From: an uncultured Nitrosopumilales archaeon | Lineage (GTDB): Archaea; Thermoproteota; Nitrososphaeria; Nitrososphaerales; UBA57 | Direction of reading: 5' to 3' | Assembly: GCA_964644785.1 (NCBI GenBank) | Contig: CAZXXP010000005.1 | Location: forward strand, 1 to 33,189 | Length of the DNA: 33,189 bases | Part shown: positions 1 through 9,821 of the stretch, one piece after another | Layout: each line of letters starts with the position of its first letter | Numbering within the stretch: position 1 is the stretch's first letter | Program-made: the position numbers and the translations under genes | Notes under the pieces: generated by a model | The model's database searches: none | The model's input: only the letters and a program-made list of their open reading frames with translations | What the model was told of the DNA's origin: nothing

Positions 1-1136
1 AAAATGCTGAACGAGCCGCTCCATGAGGATTCCTATGTCTTTTCTTCCCTAAGAACCTTTTTTGCCAGCTCCTTGCCATGCACCTCTACAAAGTCTTTGT
101 CCGACTCTCCTTCTCTCCATGACTCAAGTATGCCTATTGCAGCCTCCCTCTTGCTCGGAAAAGTCCCTAGTTACCTATTCAAAGAACCAGAGCCAACTAA
201 CGAAAGTTAACAACCACAGCGCGCGCGCTCATCGGGTCTTCTGTAATCGAGGATCGCTTATCTTTAAATCACATCTTCGGGGGCTAGATTAGATAGCATG
301 AAAGTCTGGTAGACATCAGCCTCGGAGGTTTAGATAAGCAATGCAAACTGATGCAACGGGTCCAAATCCCGTCAAGTGCATTGACCCATCATTCTATTCT
401 GCATTAATAGCTGGAACTTTACCGCAATTCCGCCAACCGTTTTTATAACGTACTCCTCCACTTCTTTGGATGCCTCCGTCAAAACAGAATGATTCTAACC
501 GAAAACCTAAGTCGATCTTAGCACCTCTTGGACCAGTGGAACTTAAGGTAAAGTGCTGCTACTACGAGAAGGACACGAGGGAAAAAACGATGGTTCTCTG
601 CACTGTTAGTGAGTGTCCAGATGTGCCTGGTTGGAGGAGAACTAACGTGGTAGAGGGTGCTATCATAAGGTTTGATTCCCCTCAAGGAATTGACACGGAG
701 TTCTTCAGAGGCGAGCCTGTCAAGAAAGACCTTTCCCCGGACTAGTAATACGATTTGGTTGATGGATGCATTCACGAGATCGATGCATTACAATGATGCC
801 GCAAAAAAAAGAATGCGGAGATATGAAAGCCAGGTTCAAGACGAAGTGTCCCTAGTGCGAGGGAGTTATCAACCCGGTCTGGAGATTGTGAGGCACGAAG
901 GAAGATGGATCCACAAAACATGACCCGTCATGTTAACCCCGAAAATAGTTTCTAAATGTCCATCGATTGACAAATTGCATACCCCGTACTGAACTAAATC
1001 CCGTCGATTGCAACTTTCTAGCTCGGCAACTTGATTATTGCCGAAATGTTAAGAAGGCGAGCAGCGTGTTCCGAACTTCTCTTATCAGTATTATGGAAGA
1101 TAAGAAAATAAGTGACATTCCCCTTGGGAGTCTGTC

Positions 1137-1523
1137 TTGAAGCTAAGTAAGAAAACCATCAAACTTATCGAGGGGAAGAATTTTGGCTACCTAGCAACGG
1201 TAATGAAGGATGGTTCTCCTCAGGTTACACCAGTCTGGGTCGACCTTGAAGGTGACCTGATTATTGTTAATACTGCAATAGGAAGGTTGAAGCAGATAAA
1301 CACCGAGAGAAATCCAAAGGTTGCGATAGCAATTGCTGATTCCTCCAATCAATACGATATGGTGACCATAAGAGGCACTGTTATAGAACAAACAATAAAC
1401 GGTGCCCGGGAGCACATCGACAGGCTCGCAAAGAAGTACCTCGGCAAAGACAAGTATCCGTGGTTTTCATCAAATGAGTCGAGGATCATCCTGAAAGTAA
1501 GGCCTGAACGATCTAGCGGTTGA
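1137..1523 (+). CDS. Pyridoxamine 5'-phosphate oxidase-like (PPOX-class FMN/F420-binding split-barrel) family protein
   Basis: 128-aa ORF with a TTG start. NFGYLATVMKDGSPQVTPVWVDLEGDLIIVNT, then RNPKVAIAI and VTIRG, is the usual PPOX split beta-barrel pattern. Confidence 0.6.
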   Translation: MKLSKKTIKLIEGKNFGYLATVMKDGSPQVTPVWVDLEGDLIIVNTAIGRLKQINTERNPKVAIAIADSSNQYDMVTIRGTVIEQTINGAREHIDRLAKKYLGKDKYPWFSSNESRIILKVRPERSSG

Positions 1524-2122
1524 ATAAGAAAGCGAGTGTCCGACCCCTATCACCCTATGAGAGATCTTCTTCGGAAGAACATATCCAAACACATCACGAA
1601 GAGTCTACAGGGTTGTCATTGGGTAACGCAAGGATACAGTAAAGGCCAACCAGGAGTTATGGAAGTACAATGAGCTCCTCATGGTATGAAATTCCTAACC
1701 TTCAAGATTGAGAAATCTGTTCTAATTTAGGCCCCTTCAAGAAACTGAGCGGGAAGATAACTGACATCATCAAGCCCTCTCCCCCTATTCCTTCATCATC
1801 ATGACGGGTCCGGTGAGACACCAGAATTAATTAGGTGTGTTTTAGATATCAACCGTATCCTATTAGTGCACTGATGGCCTTGCAGCCCTTCCTCTTTTGT
1901 TTCGATGGGAGTTTCAAACTTGGTCTTCTGAAGACCCAGCTTCCCTAGAATGAGACCGTATACGGTATTGAGATAAGTTCTACGGCCAAGTCCAATAACT
2001 CGTTTGATCTATGAGGTACCTAGTCGCGTATCTCTACGGGAAGGCTCAATGGAACCAAGAGTTGTTTCGGTAGTCAACTCTCCCGACTCTTTGACCTCGA
2101 AAGGTGGGAAAAGTCTATACGG

Positions 2123-2434
2123 TTATCTGGAAGCCGCAGCTCTGGCGCCAGCGAGTATTGCTTTCTTCCCGTCTTCCCAGGATACAATTTCATGGATGTC
2201 CATGCTGTAATATGGGAAGAAAGGTTGAAGCAATTCCAGAAGCTTGGTCTTTGACTCCGTTTCGAATATTCCGTAACCTTCTTGGGGAGTGAACCATCCA
2301 TCTTCCTTGAGCGCACCTACCTTGAAGAGGTAGTCAGCGCCCGCAAATGCTCCCTCTAGTATAGCAAGAACTTGTTTGGGATCAGTGGGCCAGTTGGAAG
2401 GATTTGCTCTGTAAAGAACCATGTATCTCGGCAT
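2123..2434 (-). CDS. Small conserved hypothetical protein (DUF3303-like alpha+beta fold suspected)
   Basis: 103-aa ATG-initiated ORF with non-repetitive, protein-like composition (MPRYMVLYRANPSNWPTDPKQ...HEIVSWEDG). The family call rests on remembered sequence pattern only. Confidence 0.4.
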   Translation of the reverse strand: MPRYMVLYRANPSNWPTDPKQVLAILEGAFAGADYLFKVGALKEDGWFTPQEGYGIFETESKTKLLELLQPFFPYYSMDIHEIVSWEDGKKAILAGARAAASR

Positions 2435-2480
2435 AACTGCTGATTTTCTTGAACGAGTTTATTTAAAGGTTCTTGATTCT

Positions 2481-3967
<1,487 letters not shown>

Positions 3968-3974
3968 GGCCGCT

Positions 3975-4007
3975 TTAGGGCTTCTTGCCCTAACCTTTTA
4001 TTTTTCC
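3975..4007 (+). terminator. Hairpin plus T-tract downstream of the ferredoxin gene
   Basis: TTAGGGC (3975-3981), loop TTCTT, GCCCTAA (3987-3993), followed by CCTTTTATTTTTCC. Archaeal termination typically uses oligo-T. Confidence 0.35.
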
Positions 4008-4022
4008 ATTATGTAGTAGATA

Positions 4023-4565
4023 TTGGGCTTGACAAGCGTTTTTACAATCACAGCAGTGTCAGTGTTAATAGTTGTTGGCATAGTAGGCGCTACTTTCGCG
4101 TATTCGTTGAGCCAAATAAATCCAAGTGTAATATTCTCCTTTGATGCACAGTTTGGAAGAGTCGACGAAGATAGATCAATCTATGAAGGTCCAGCAAGAT
4201 CGTCATCGGGCATAATCAACGAGACATTCATCCTTAGAATGACGAATTTCAAACCTGAAACCGTAAGCAACATCGAAATAACAGTTACACAGGAACCCAA
4301 GAACGAGTGGTACGCCTTTCAGGAAGCCTATCTTGGATTCGGAGATTACGAATTTGTTACCACTGATAACAAGGCAGTAATAAAAGCGCTTCCAGCTGGA
4401 CTTACATCTTCAATAAGATTCGTGATCAGGTTCAATACGACTGTCATAGACGTCAACAACGCCTTGAGCGACAGGTCAGTGGTCACTTTCCAGATAACGT
4501 ATGATGGATCTAACAGGCCTCTAACAAAGGCTATCAATGTGCATTTCCCGCCTTGGCAACAATAA
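4023..4565 (+). CDS. Membrane-anchored hypothetical protein (single N-terminal TM helix, extracytoplasmic beta-rich domain)
   Basis: 180-aa ORF with a TTG start. It has a hydrophobic N-terminus (LTSVFTITAVSVLIVVGIVGATFAY). I recognise no family motif. Confidence 0.45.
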   Translation: MGLTSVFTITAVSVLIVVGIVGATFAYSLSQINPSVIFSFDAQFGRVDEDRSIYEGPARSSSGIINETFILRMTNFKPETVSNIEITVTQEPKNEWYAFQEAYLGFGDYEFVTTDNKAVIKALPAGLTSSIRFVIRFNTTVIDVNNALSDRSVVTFQITYDGSNRPLTKAINVHFPPWQQ

Positions 4566-4596
4566 GATACTGAAAGGATTTTGTTGTGCAGGTATG

Positions 4597-4980
4597 CTAG
4601 CCTATGTAGGGCATGCTGGATTTGTCGAATTCTTTAATGGTGGTGAAATCTCTACCAGTCCTTCCAATTCCCAATGATCTTAGTTGAGGATACAGTGTAA
4701 AGAGGTCTCCTACTGCAAGTTTTACTGTCTGATGGTTCTCTCCGAAGTTTTCTGTGCTTATCTTTGTGACTAGGGGCCTGACGTCTCTCTCATCTGTGTA
4801 TCCGATGCTGTGCAGATATTCGTGCGCTAGTATTGAGAAGATGAATGAATTGAGTTCTGCTTTAGACTTTGCAAGAACCTTGACAGCGTTAAGAATAGTC
4901 TCATTCATCACTATTATATTCGAGCCCATTATATGATAGGCTCCTACGTAGTTAGGAAGCTCTGCCAGAACCAGCGTCAA
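4597..4980 (-). CDS. HExxH zinc-metallopeptidase-like protein (N-terminus probably extends upstream to ~5088)
   Basis: The motif ILAHEYLHSIGYTDE sits in a 127-aa ORF starting at TTG 4980. The frame stays open and protein-like for 56 more codons with no canonical start (see findings). Confidence 0.5.
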   Translation of the reverse strand: MTLVLAELPNYVGAYHIMGSNIIVMNETILNAVKVLAKSKAELNSFIFSILAHEYLHSIGYTDERDVRPLVTKISTENFGENHQTVKLAVGDLFTLYPQLRSLGIGRTGRDFTTIKEFDKSSMPYIG

Positions 4981-5084
4981 CCCTGCCCTGTGCTTGCTAA
5001 GGCTCTTTTCTACTGAATACTTTACTACTTCAAAAACTTCGTCGAAATTCTTGCAGTCTTCCAGTCTTTTAGATGCTCCATGTA

Positions 5085-5414
5085 TCAGCTCCCAAGAACC
5101 TCCCTTACCAGAGTCTGGTACTTGCCCTTGGGGGCTGCCCCAACTATCCTATTTACTTGCTGACCATTTTTGAAGATTATCAAGGTTGGTACCGCTTGTA
5201 TTTGGTACTTGTCTGCAATCTGTCCATTTTCATCAACATTGACCTTGACGAACTTCACTTTACCATCGAACTCCTTTGAAAGATCATCGATTATTGGACC
5301 TATAATGCGGCAAGGACCGCACCATTCAGCCCAGAAATCAACAAAGACTGGTATCTGCGAATTCAGAACGTCTGTATCAAAGCTCTGCGCTCCAGAATGA
5401 ACTACTTTTGACAT
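5085..5414 (-). CDS. trxA: Thioredoxin
   Basis: 109 aa with the WCGPC active site (FWAEWCGPCR) and the standard thioredoxin length and pattern (VDENGQIADKYQIQAVPTLIIFKNG). Confidence 0.9.
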   Translation of the reverse strand: MSKVVHSGAQSFDTDVLNSQIPVFVDFWAEWCGPCRIIGPIIDDLSKEFDGKVKFVKVNVDENGQIADKYQIQAVPTLIIFKNGQQVNRIVGAAPKGKYQTLVREVLGS

Positions 5415-5464
5415 ATCTGTTGTCAGTAATAATTCTAGAGAATAAAACCCTAACGGTAACGATT

Positions 5465-5752
5465 TTAACCCGAACTTAGGTTTTTTTTAAGATGTTCGAT
5501 GCTACAGTCTTGGATTAGCAGAACCTTTTCTTTGTATGTTACTCCTGAAACTATGCTGACGTTTCGTTTCAATCGTCTTTTTAGCTCTTTTAGCAGTTCA
5601 AGGTTCGCTTTGTTGTCTTGAGCCGCAGATTTAGTGTTGATTATAATGTGGTTGTTTGTCATATTAACAGTAAACTTACGACTCAAAGGTTTCACATATA
5701 CTGTTATCAGCAGTCCATCAGGAGTCTCTTTTAGACCTTCCAAGTCAAACAA
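5465..5752 (-). CDS. DUF167 / YggU (UPF0235) family protein
   Basis: 95 aa with a TTG start. The pattern ITVYVKP...NIIINTKSAAQDNKANLELLKELKRRLKRNVSIVSGVTYKEKVLLI matches the DUF167 core (G.aN..L..fL...l.....v.i.sG.ts..K.v.i). Confidence 0.6.
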   Translation of the reverse strand: MFDLEGLKETPDGLLITVYVKPLSRKFTVNMTNNHIIINTKSAAQDNKANLELLKELKRRLKRNVSIVSGVTYKEKVLLIQDCSIEHLKKNLSSG

Positions 5753-5884
5753 AAGTAGGTCTAACTGTATTTAAGACAGATCGCAGTTATTCAGACAAGA
5801 TATTTTTATTAGGTCTATAATTATGAACGTAAGTTCAGGATATAGATCAATAACTATACAATTGCACGCTTTTTCTACCGTACT

Positions 5885-5896
5885 CTATAAATATAA
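5885..5896 (+). promoter_or_regulatory. Candidate TATA box for glnA (leaderless or near-leaderless transcript)
   Basis: CTATAAATATAA is centred about 27 nt upstream of the glnA ATG at 5917. Confidence 0.35.
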
Positions 5897-5916
5897 GCTG
5901 GCAAAATGGGTTTTCC

Positions 5917-7395
5917 ATGCCATTTACAAGAACTTCAGATGGAAAACTAGTTCCTATCAAGAAGACCGGAGACGAGGTTCTAGTGTTGCTCGAGAAAGAA
6001 AAGGTCAAGTTCGTTGATTTACACTTCACAGATGTACCTGGCAGACTTCAACACACCACAGTTCCAGTGCATGTAATCGACAGGGATGCCTTCAAAGACG
6101 GAGTGCCAAAGCTAGACGGTTCTTCGATCAAAGGGTTTACAGGAATCGAGGAGTCAGATATGATGCTCAAGCCAGATCCTTCAACATTTGCAGTTATTCC
6201 ATGGTCCACGAAGGAATCTGAGAGCCATAAAGCAGTGAGACTGATCTGCGATGTCTTCTGGGGTTTCGGTCAGGGTAGACTTTCAAGGGACCCAAGAGCC
6301 ATTGCGCAGAAAGCTGAGCAGTATGTAAGGGATTCTGGTTTTGATGAGTCATACTGGGGTCCTGAGATCGAGTTCTTTGTCTTCGACAAGGTTACATGGG
6401 ATGTAAATACTCCGTACAAGGGTCAGGCATACAGCATAGAGTCAAAAGAGGCTGCCTGGACAACAACAGGTATCAACTTCCCAATCAGGTTCAAGGAAGG
6501 ATACTTCCCAACACCACCTTCAGATACTCTAATGGAGTACAGAAGTGAGGTAGTCAGCATCTTCCAAGAGAGGTTCGGAATCATCAGTGATGCCCACCAC
6601 CATGAGGTTGCAACAGCTGGTCAATGTGAAATTGACATGAGATACGATGCACTGACGAATATGGCAGATAATGTCATGACATTCAAGTATGTAATAAGAA
6701 ACGTTGCACATCAAAGGGGAATGGTCGCAACTACGATGCCAAAGCCAATATTCATGGATAACGCTTCAGGCATGCACACGCACCAGAGCTTATGGAAGGG
6801 TGGCAATCCGATGTTCTATGATGGAAACGATGCCTACGCTGAGTTGAGCCAAGCTGGTAGGTATTATGGTGGAGGTTTGATGGAACACAGCAGGGCACTT
6901 ACATGTATTACAAACCCTACAACGAACTCTTACAAGAGGCTTGTGCCAGGATACGAGGCGCCAGTATATATTGCATGGAGTAGAAGGAATAGGTCAGCTA
7001 ACGTAAGAGTCCCTGTATATGAAAAGGGCCCAGCATCAGCAGCAAGGAAGAGGCTCGAGTTCAGAACCCCAGACCCATCATGCAACCCATACCTAGCATT
7101 TGCAGCAATGGCCTGCGCAGGCCTAGATGGCATAAAGAAGAAGACCGATATTGGAAGTCCCGTTGATGAGAACATCTATCATTTGACTCCTGAGAAGAGG
7201 AAACAGTTAGGGATTAAGGAACTGCCAGGAAGTCTAAAGGAAGCTGCCGATTCGCTTGCCAGCGACCATGAATTCCTGAAACCAGTATTCCCGCAGGACC
7301 TCATTGACATGATCATCGAGAATGCTAGGAAGGAACATTCAGAAATCAGCATGCGACCTCATCCATACGAGTTCTACCTGTACTTCGACGCATAA
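5917..7395 (+). CDS. glnA: Glutamine synthetase, type I
   Basis: 492 aa with GS beta-grasp and catalytic-domain signatures: FVDLHFTDVPGRLQH, GPEIEFFVFD, HHHEVATAGQCEIDMRY, KPIFMDNASGMHTHQSLW, NSYKRLVPGYEAPVYIAWSRRNRSANVRVP. Confidence 0.95.
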   Translation: MPFTRTSDGKLVPIKKTGDEVLVLLEKEKVKFVDLHFTDVPGRLQHTTVPVHVIDRDAFKDGVPKLDGSSIKGFTGIEESDMMLKPDPSTFAVIPWSTKESESHKAVRLICDVFWGFGQGRLSRDPRAIAQKAEQYVRDSGFDESYWGPEIEFFVFDKVTWDVNTPYKGQAYSIESKEAAWTTTGINFPIRFKEGYFPTPPSDTLMEYRSEVVSIFQERFGIISDAHHHEVATAGQCEIDMRYDALTNMADNVMTFKYVIRNVAHQRGMVATTMPKPIFMDNASGMHTHQSLWKGGNPMFYDGNDAYAELSQAGRYYGGGLMEHSRALTCITNPTTNSYKRLVPGYEAPVYIAWSRRNRSANVRVPVYEKGPASAARKRLEFRTPDPSCNPYLAFAAMACAGLDGIKKKTDIGSPVDENIYHLTPEKRKQLGIKELPGSLKEAADSLASDHEFLKPVFPQDLIDMIIENARKEHSEISMRPHPYEFYLYFDA

Positions 7396-7404
7396 ACAAC
7401 AAGG

Positions 7405-7440
7405 CTGAAGCATTAGCTTCAGTCCTTCTTTCATATTTTC
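7405..7440. terminator. Hairpin plus T-rich tract between convergent glnA and the CBS gene
   Basis: CTGAAGC (7405-7411), loop ATTA, GCTTCAG (7416-7422), then TCCTTCTTTCATATTTTC. Confidence 0.35.
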
Positions 7441-7441
7441 A

Positions 7442-8272
7442 TTACTTTAGTCTGGGAACCGCTTTCACCAAGTCAGTCTTTGTTATTATTCCTGAAAGGA
7501 TTGCTTTCTCGTTAACTACAGGAAGACCACTTATTGCAAGCTTGGTCATGATTCTTGCCACATCGACAATGTCAGCACCTTCGTTTATTGTGAAGGGGTC
7601 GGAGGTCATAATGTTTCGGACCATCATTATTGGAAACATTCTAGAGGGTATCAATTCGCCTTTTACTATTATGGAGAGTCTTTTTTCAGGAGATGTAAGA
7701 ACTGCTCCAACTAACACTAGGTCAGAGAGTGTTACGATGCCAATAGTTTTTTCATCTTCGATAACTATGAGTCTTGTAAAGCCCCTTTCAGACATGACGT
7801 TTGCTGCCGCAAAAATAGAATAGTTTGGCCCTATTGTGATCGGATTCTTGGTCATGAGTCTCTTTACAGGGATTCCAGTTTCATCCAATGTTGAAATATG
7901 TCTGCAGATGTCGCTTTCAGTGATTATGCCGACAGTTCTACCCATCTTATCTACTGCAATTATCGAACTGATACCCTTGGAAGTCATGATTTGAGATGCC
8001 TTTTTCAGGTTTTCTTGAGAATCCAGACTGATAGGGTTCTTTGCCATGAGTGATTTTACGGTAATTTTATCGAGTGATTTGCCTGCCCCGCTTTTCATTA
8101 ACCCTCTAACCATGTCCTTTTGTGTGATGATTCCTATGGGGATATTCTTGTCGTCTATTACCACTAGCCTTTTGATGTTGTTTCTAAGCATGAGTTTTTG
8201 AGCATCAAAAACGGTGTCTACCTCTCTGACGGAAATTACCGTTCTGGTCATTATGTCCTTTAACGTTGGCAT
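7442..8272 (-). CDS. CBS-domain protein (four tandem CBS motifs)
   Basis: 276 aa. The CBS pattern repeats four times (IMTRTVISV...PIGIITQKDM; LMAKNPISL...VGIITESDI; LMTKNPITI...IGIVTLSDL; IMTSDPFTI...SGIITKTDL). Confidence 0.8.
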   Translation of the reverse strand: MPTLKDIMTRTVISVREVDTVFDAQKLMLRNNIKRLVVIDDKNIPIGIITQKDMVRGLMKSGAGKSLDKITVKSLMAKNPISLDSQENLKKASQIMTSKGISSIIAVDKMGRTVGIITESDICRHISTLDETGIPVKRLMTKNPITIGPNYSIFAAANVMSERGFTRLIVIEDEKTIGIVTLSDLVLVGAVLTSPEKRLSIIVKGELIPSRMFPIMMVRNIMTSDPFTINEGADIVDVARIMTKLAISGLPVVNEKAILSGIITKTDLVKAVPRLK

Positions 8273-8352
8273 CGCTTTTCACCATATGAATATGGTTAAT
8301 AAACAGGTTTAGTATGAGACAGAAACTCTTAAAGCTAGGAGTCGTATTGTGA

Positions 8353-9183
8353 TTGCGTTTGATCGTTAGAGTCACGATAGTGAAGCTCGGTTGCATAGCC
8401 TCGACGGCGCTTATTGAATCACTGCTCGATGAAAGAGCTTCAAGAGAGGATATTGTTGTAAGGTCTTTTTCCTCTGGCAGTAAAATGGACGCTCAAAGTG
8501 CTAAAGACTTGGTTGACATTGCAGTATCTGTCAAAAGTGATCTCTTCCTTGTTGTCTCGCCTAATGTTGCGCTTGAGGTACCAAGATCTTTGGCAAAGAG
8601 GCTTTCGAAAAAGGCTCCAACGACGGTGATTTCGGATGCTCCAGCTAAAAGAGCCCTTGAGGAGTTCGAGACGAGCTCGATTGGTTATATTGTAATCGAA
8701 GCAGATTCACTAATTGGAGTACGGAAGGAATTCCTTGACCCTGTAGAAATGGCACTCTTCAACAGCGATGTGATCAGGGTTCTTTCAGGAACCGGTGCAT
8801 TCAGGGCATTATATGAGGAAATTGATAGGCTCATAGAATCTATGAAAAACAATGTTAAGTACATTCCAAAGTTAATCATCAATAAGGAAGTCGCAGTAAA
8901 TAGGGGGAAATTTTCTAATCCCTATGCGAAAGCCAAGGCCATTGCAAGTTTTGAAATGGCAAGGCTTGCCGGGGAATTGTCTGCCGAGGGTGCCTATAAG
9001 GTCAAGGAGAGGAAGAGGTATCTCAGTATTGTTGCATCGGCCCACGAATTAATGCGTGCAGCTGCATTACTTGCAGATCAAGCCAGAGAAATGGAAAAGT
9101 CTTCAGATAAGGTTTCAAGGTATATTCATACATCTGACGGGAGTGTTAAGATCAAGAAAGGGCTTTTTGATGCTATTCAGTAA
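8353..9183 (+). CDS. mtd: F420-dependent methylenetetrahydromethanopterin dehydrogenase (Mtd) family protein
   Basis: 276 aa, the Mtd length. It is collinear with remembered methanogen Mtd blocks: VKLGCIASTALIESLLDERASREDI, IVIEADSLIGVRKEFLDPVEMALFNSDVIRVL, NPYAKAKAIASFE, IVASAHELMRAAALLADQAREMEK. The start could be TTG 8353 or TTG 8359. Confidence 0.8.
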   Translation: MRLIVRVTIVKLGCIASTALIESLLDERASREDIVVRSFSSGSKMDAQSAKDLVDIAVSVKSDLFLVVSPNVALEVPRSLAKRLSKKAPTTVISDAPAKRALEEFETSSIGYIVIEADSLIGVRKEFLDPVEMALFNSDVIRVLSGTGAFRALYEEIDRLIESMKNNVKYIPKLIINKEVAVNRGKFSNPYAKAKAIASFEMARLAGELSAEGAYKVKERKRYLSIVASAHELMRAAALLADQAREMEKSSDKVSRYIHTSDGSVKIKKGLFDAIQ

Positions 9184-9694
9184 GAGTTTTGAAAATTCTT
9201 TTGCATTTAGTGCACAGCTCTGAACTCTTGGAATCAATGTCTATTATGGAATCAGATATGGCCATAACGCAGCTACCAGTGCAGTGCTGCAGCCCATAAA
9301 CATGTCCTGTCTCATGTATTATTTCTTTTGTTATTCTTTCTCTCTCTTTCGGCGTTGGAATCTGATGTTCTACAAGCCTGCTTAACGATACGATGCAAGC
9401 ATTGGTTGTTGGAGACGCAAGGCCGAAGACGAAATTCCTCCCATCGATGAAAATGTCTTGATTTGTTATTCCGATGCACTTTCGCCAGCCGTTAGACCTC
9501 TTTAACGCATGTATTTTGTATAGAATCTTTTGGGCATCGTACTGTCCCCTTTTACTATCGAATGATTCGGTGCCAAGAGTCATCGATGCTATTGAGAATT
9601 CATCCTTATATTGTGCCAACGTGAACCTAAGAATCCCGCCTAGATCTGGAAGGTGTAGAGAATCGAGTTCAATGACGGTTATCTTCTCGTTCAA
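9173..9694 (-). CDS. amzA: Archaemetzincin (zinc metallopeptidase)
   Basis: HETGHVYGLQHCTGSCVMAISDSIIDIDSKSSELCTKC matches the archaemetzincin signature HExxHxxGxxHCxxxxCxMx(17)CxxC. 173 aa, TTG start. Confidence 0.85.
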   Translation of the reverse strand: MNEKITVIELDSLHLPDLGGILRFTLAQYKDEFSIASMTLGTESFDSKRGQYDAQKILYKIHALKRSNGWRKCIGITNQDIFIDGRNFVFGLASPTTNACIVSLSRLVEHQIPTPKERERITKEIIHETGHVYGLQHCTGSCVMAISDSIIDIDSKSSELCTKCKRIFKTLTE

Positions 9695-9821
9695 AATTCC
9701 TTCTCGGCTCTGGATTATTGAATGTGCCGTTATATGCTAAGCGATTTGTAAGAAAATCGCTGTGAAGCAACGTTTATTCGGTGGAAATTAGCTTGTAGAG
9801 AATGCTTGCTGGAGATTCTGC

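Noticed and set aside
4-292. Track ORFs 4..210 and 62..292 at the window start
   Set aside because: They are Ser/Leu/Pro-rich and mutually overlapping, with no motif. The minus strand here also lacks a start-containing ORF. They are treated as part of the decayed zone.
355-388. tRNA-like T-arm (ACGGG-TCCAAAT-CCCGT followed by CAAGTGCA) that could mark a tRNA gene or an att-site remnant of an integrated element
   Set aside because: The loop has C at the near-universal U55 position. I could find no complementary 5' acceptor strand (GCACTTG or G-U variants) or D/anticodon arms upstream on either strand. One 5-bp hairpin is not enough.
667-700. Stretch AAGGTTTGATTCCCCTCAAGGAATTGACACGG resembling the conserved small-subunit rRNA region (..AAGGTT-AAAACTCAAAGGAATTGACGG..)
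   Set aside because: The similarity stops immediately on both sides. No other rRNA signature is nearby, and the region is only a few hundred bp of mixed sequence. It is most likely coincidence.
364-1005. 10-mer AAATCCCGTC present twice (364-373 and 996-1005), considered as possible direct repeats flanking an element
   Set aside because: A single 10-mer recurring within ~1 kb is close to chance expectation, and the flanking bases do not extend the match.
9741-9760. Perfect 7-bp hairpin GCGATTT-GTAAGA-AAATCGC in the amzA/sirC divergent intergenic region
   Set aside because: It is short and isolated, in an AT-rich promoter region. It could be an operator or nothing, and there is no second copy or supporting context.
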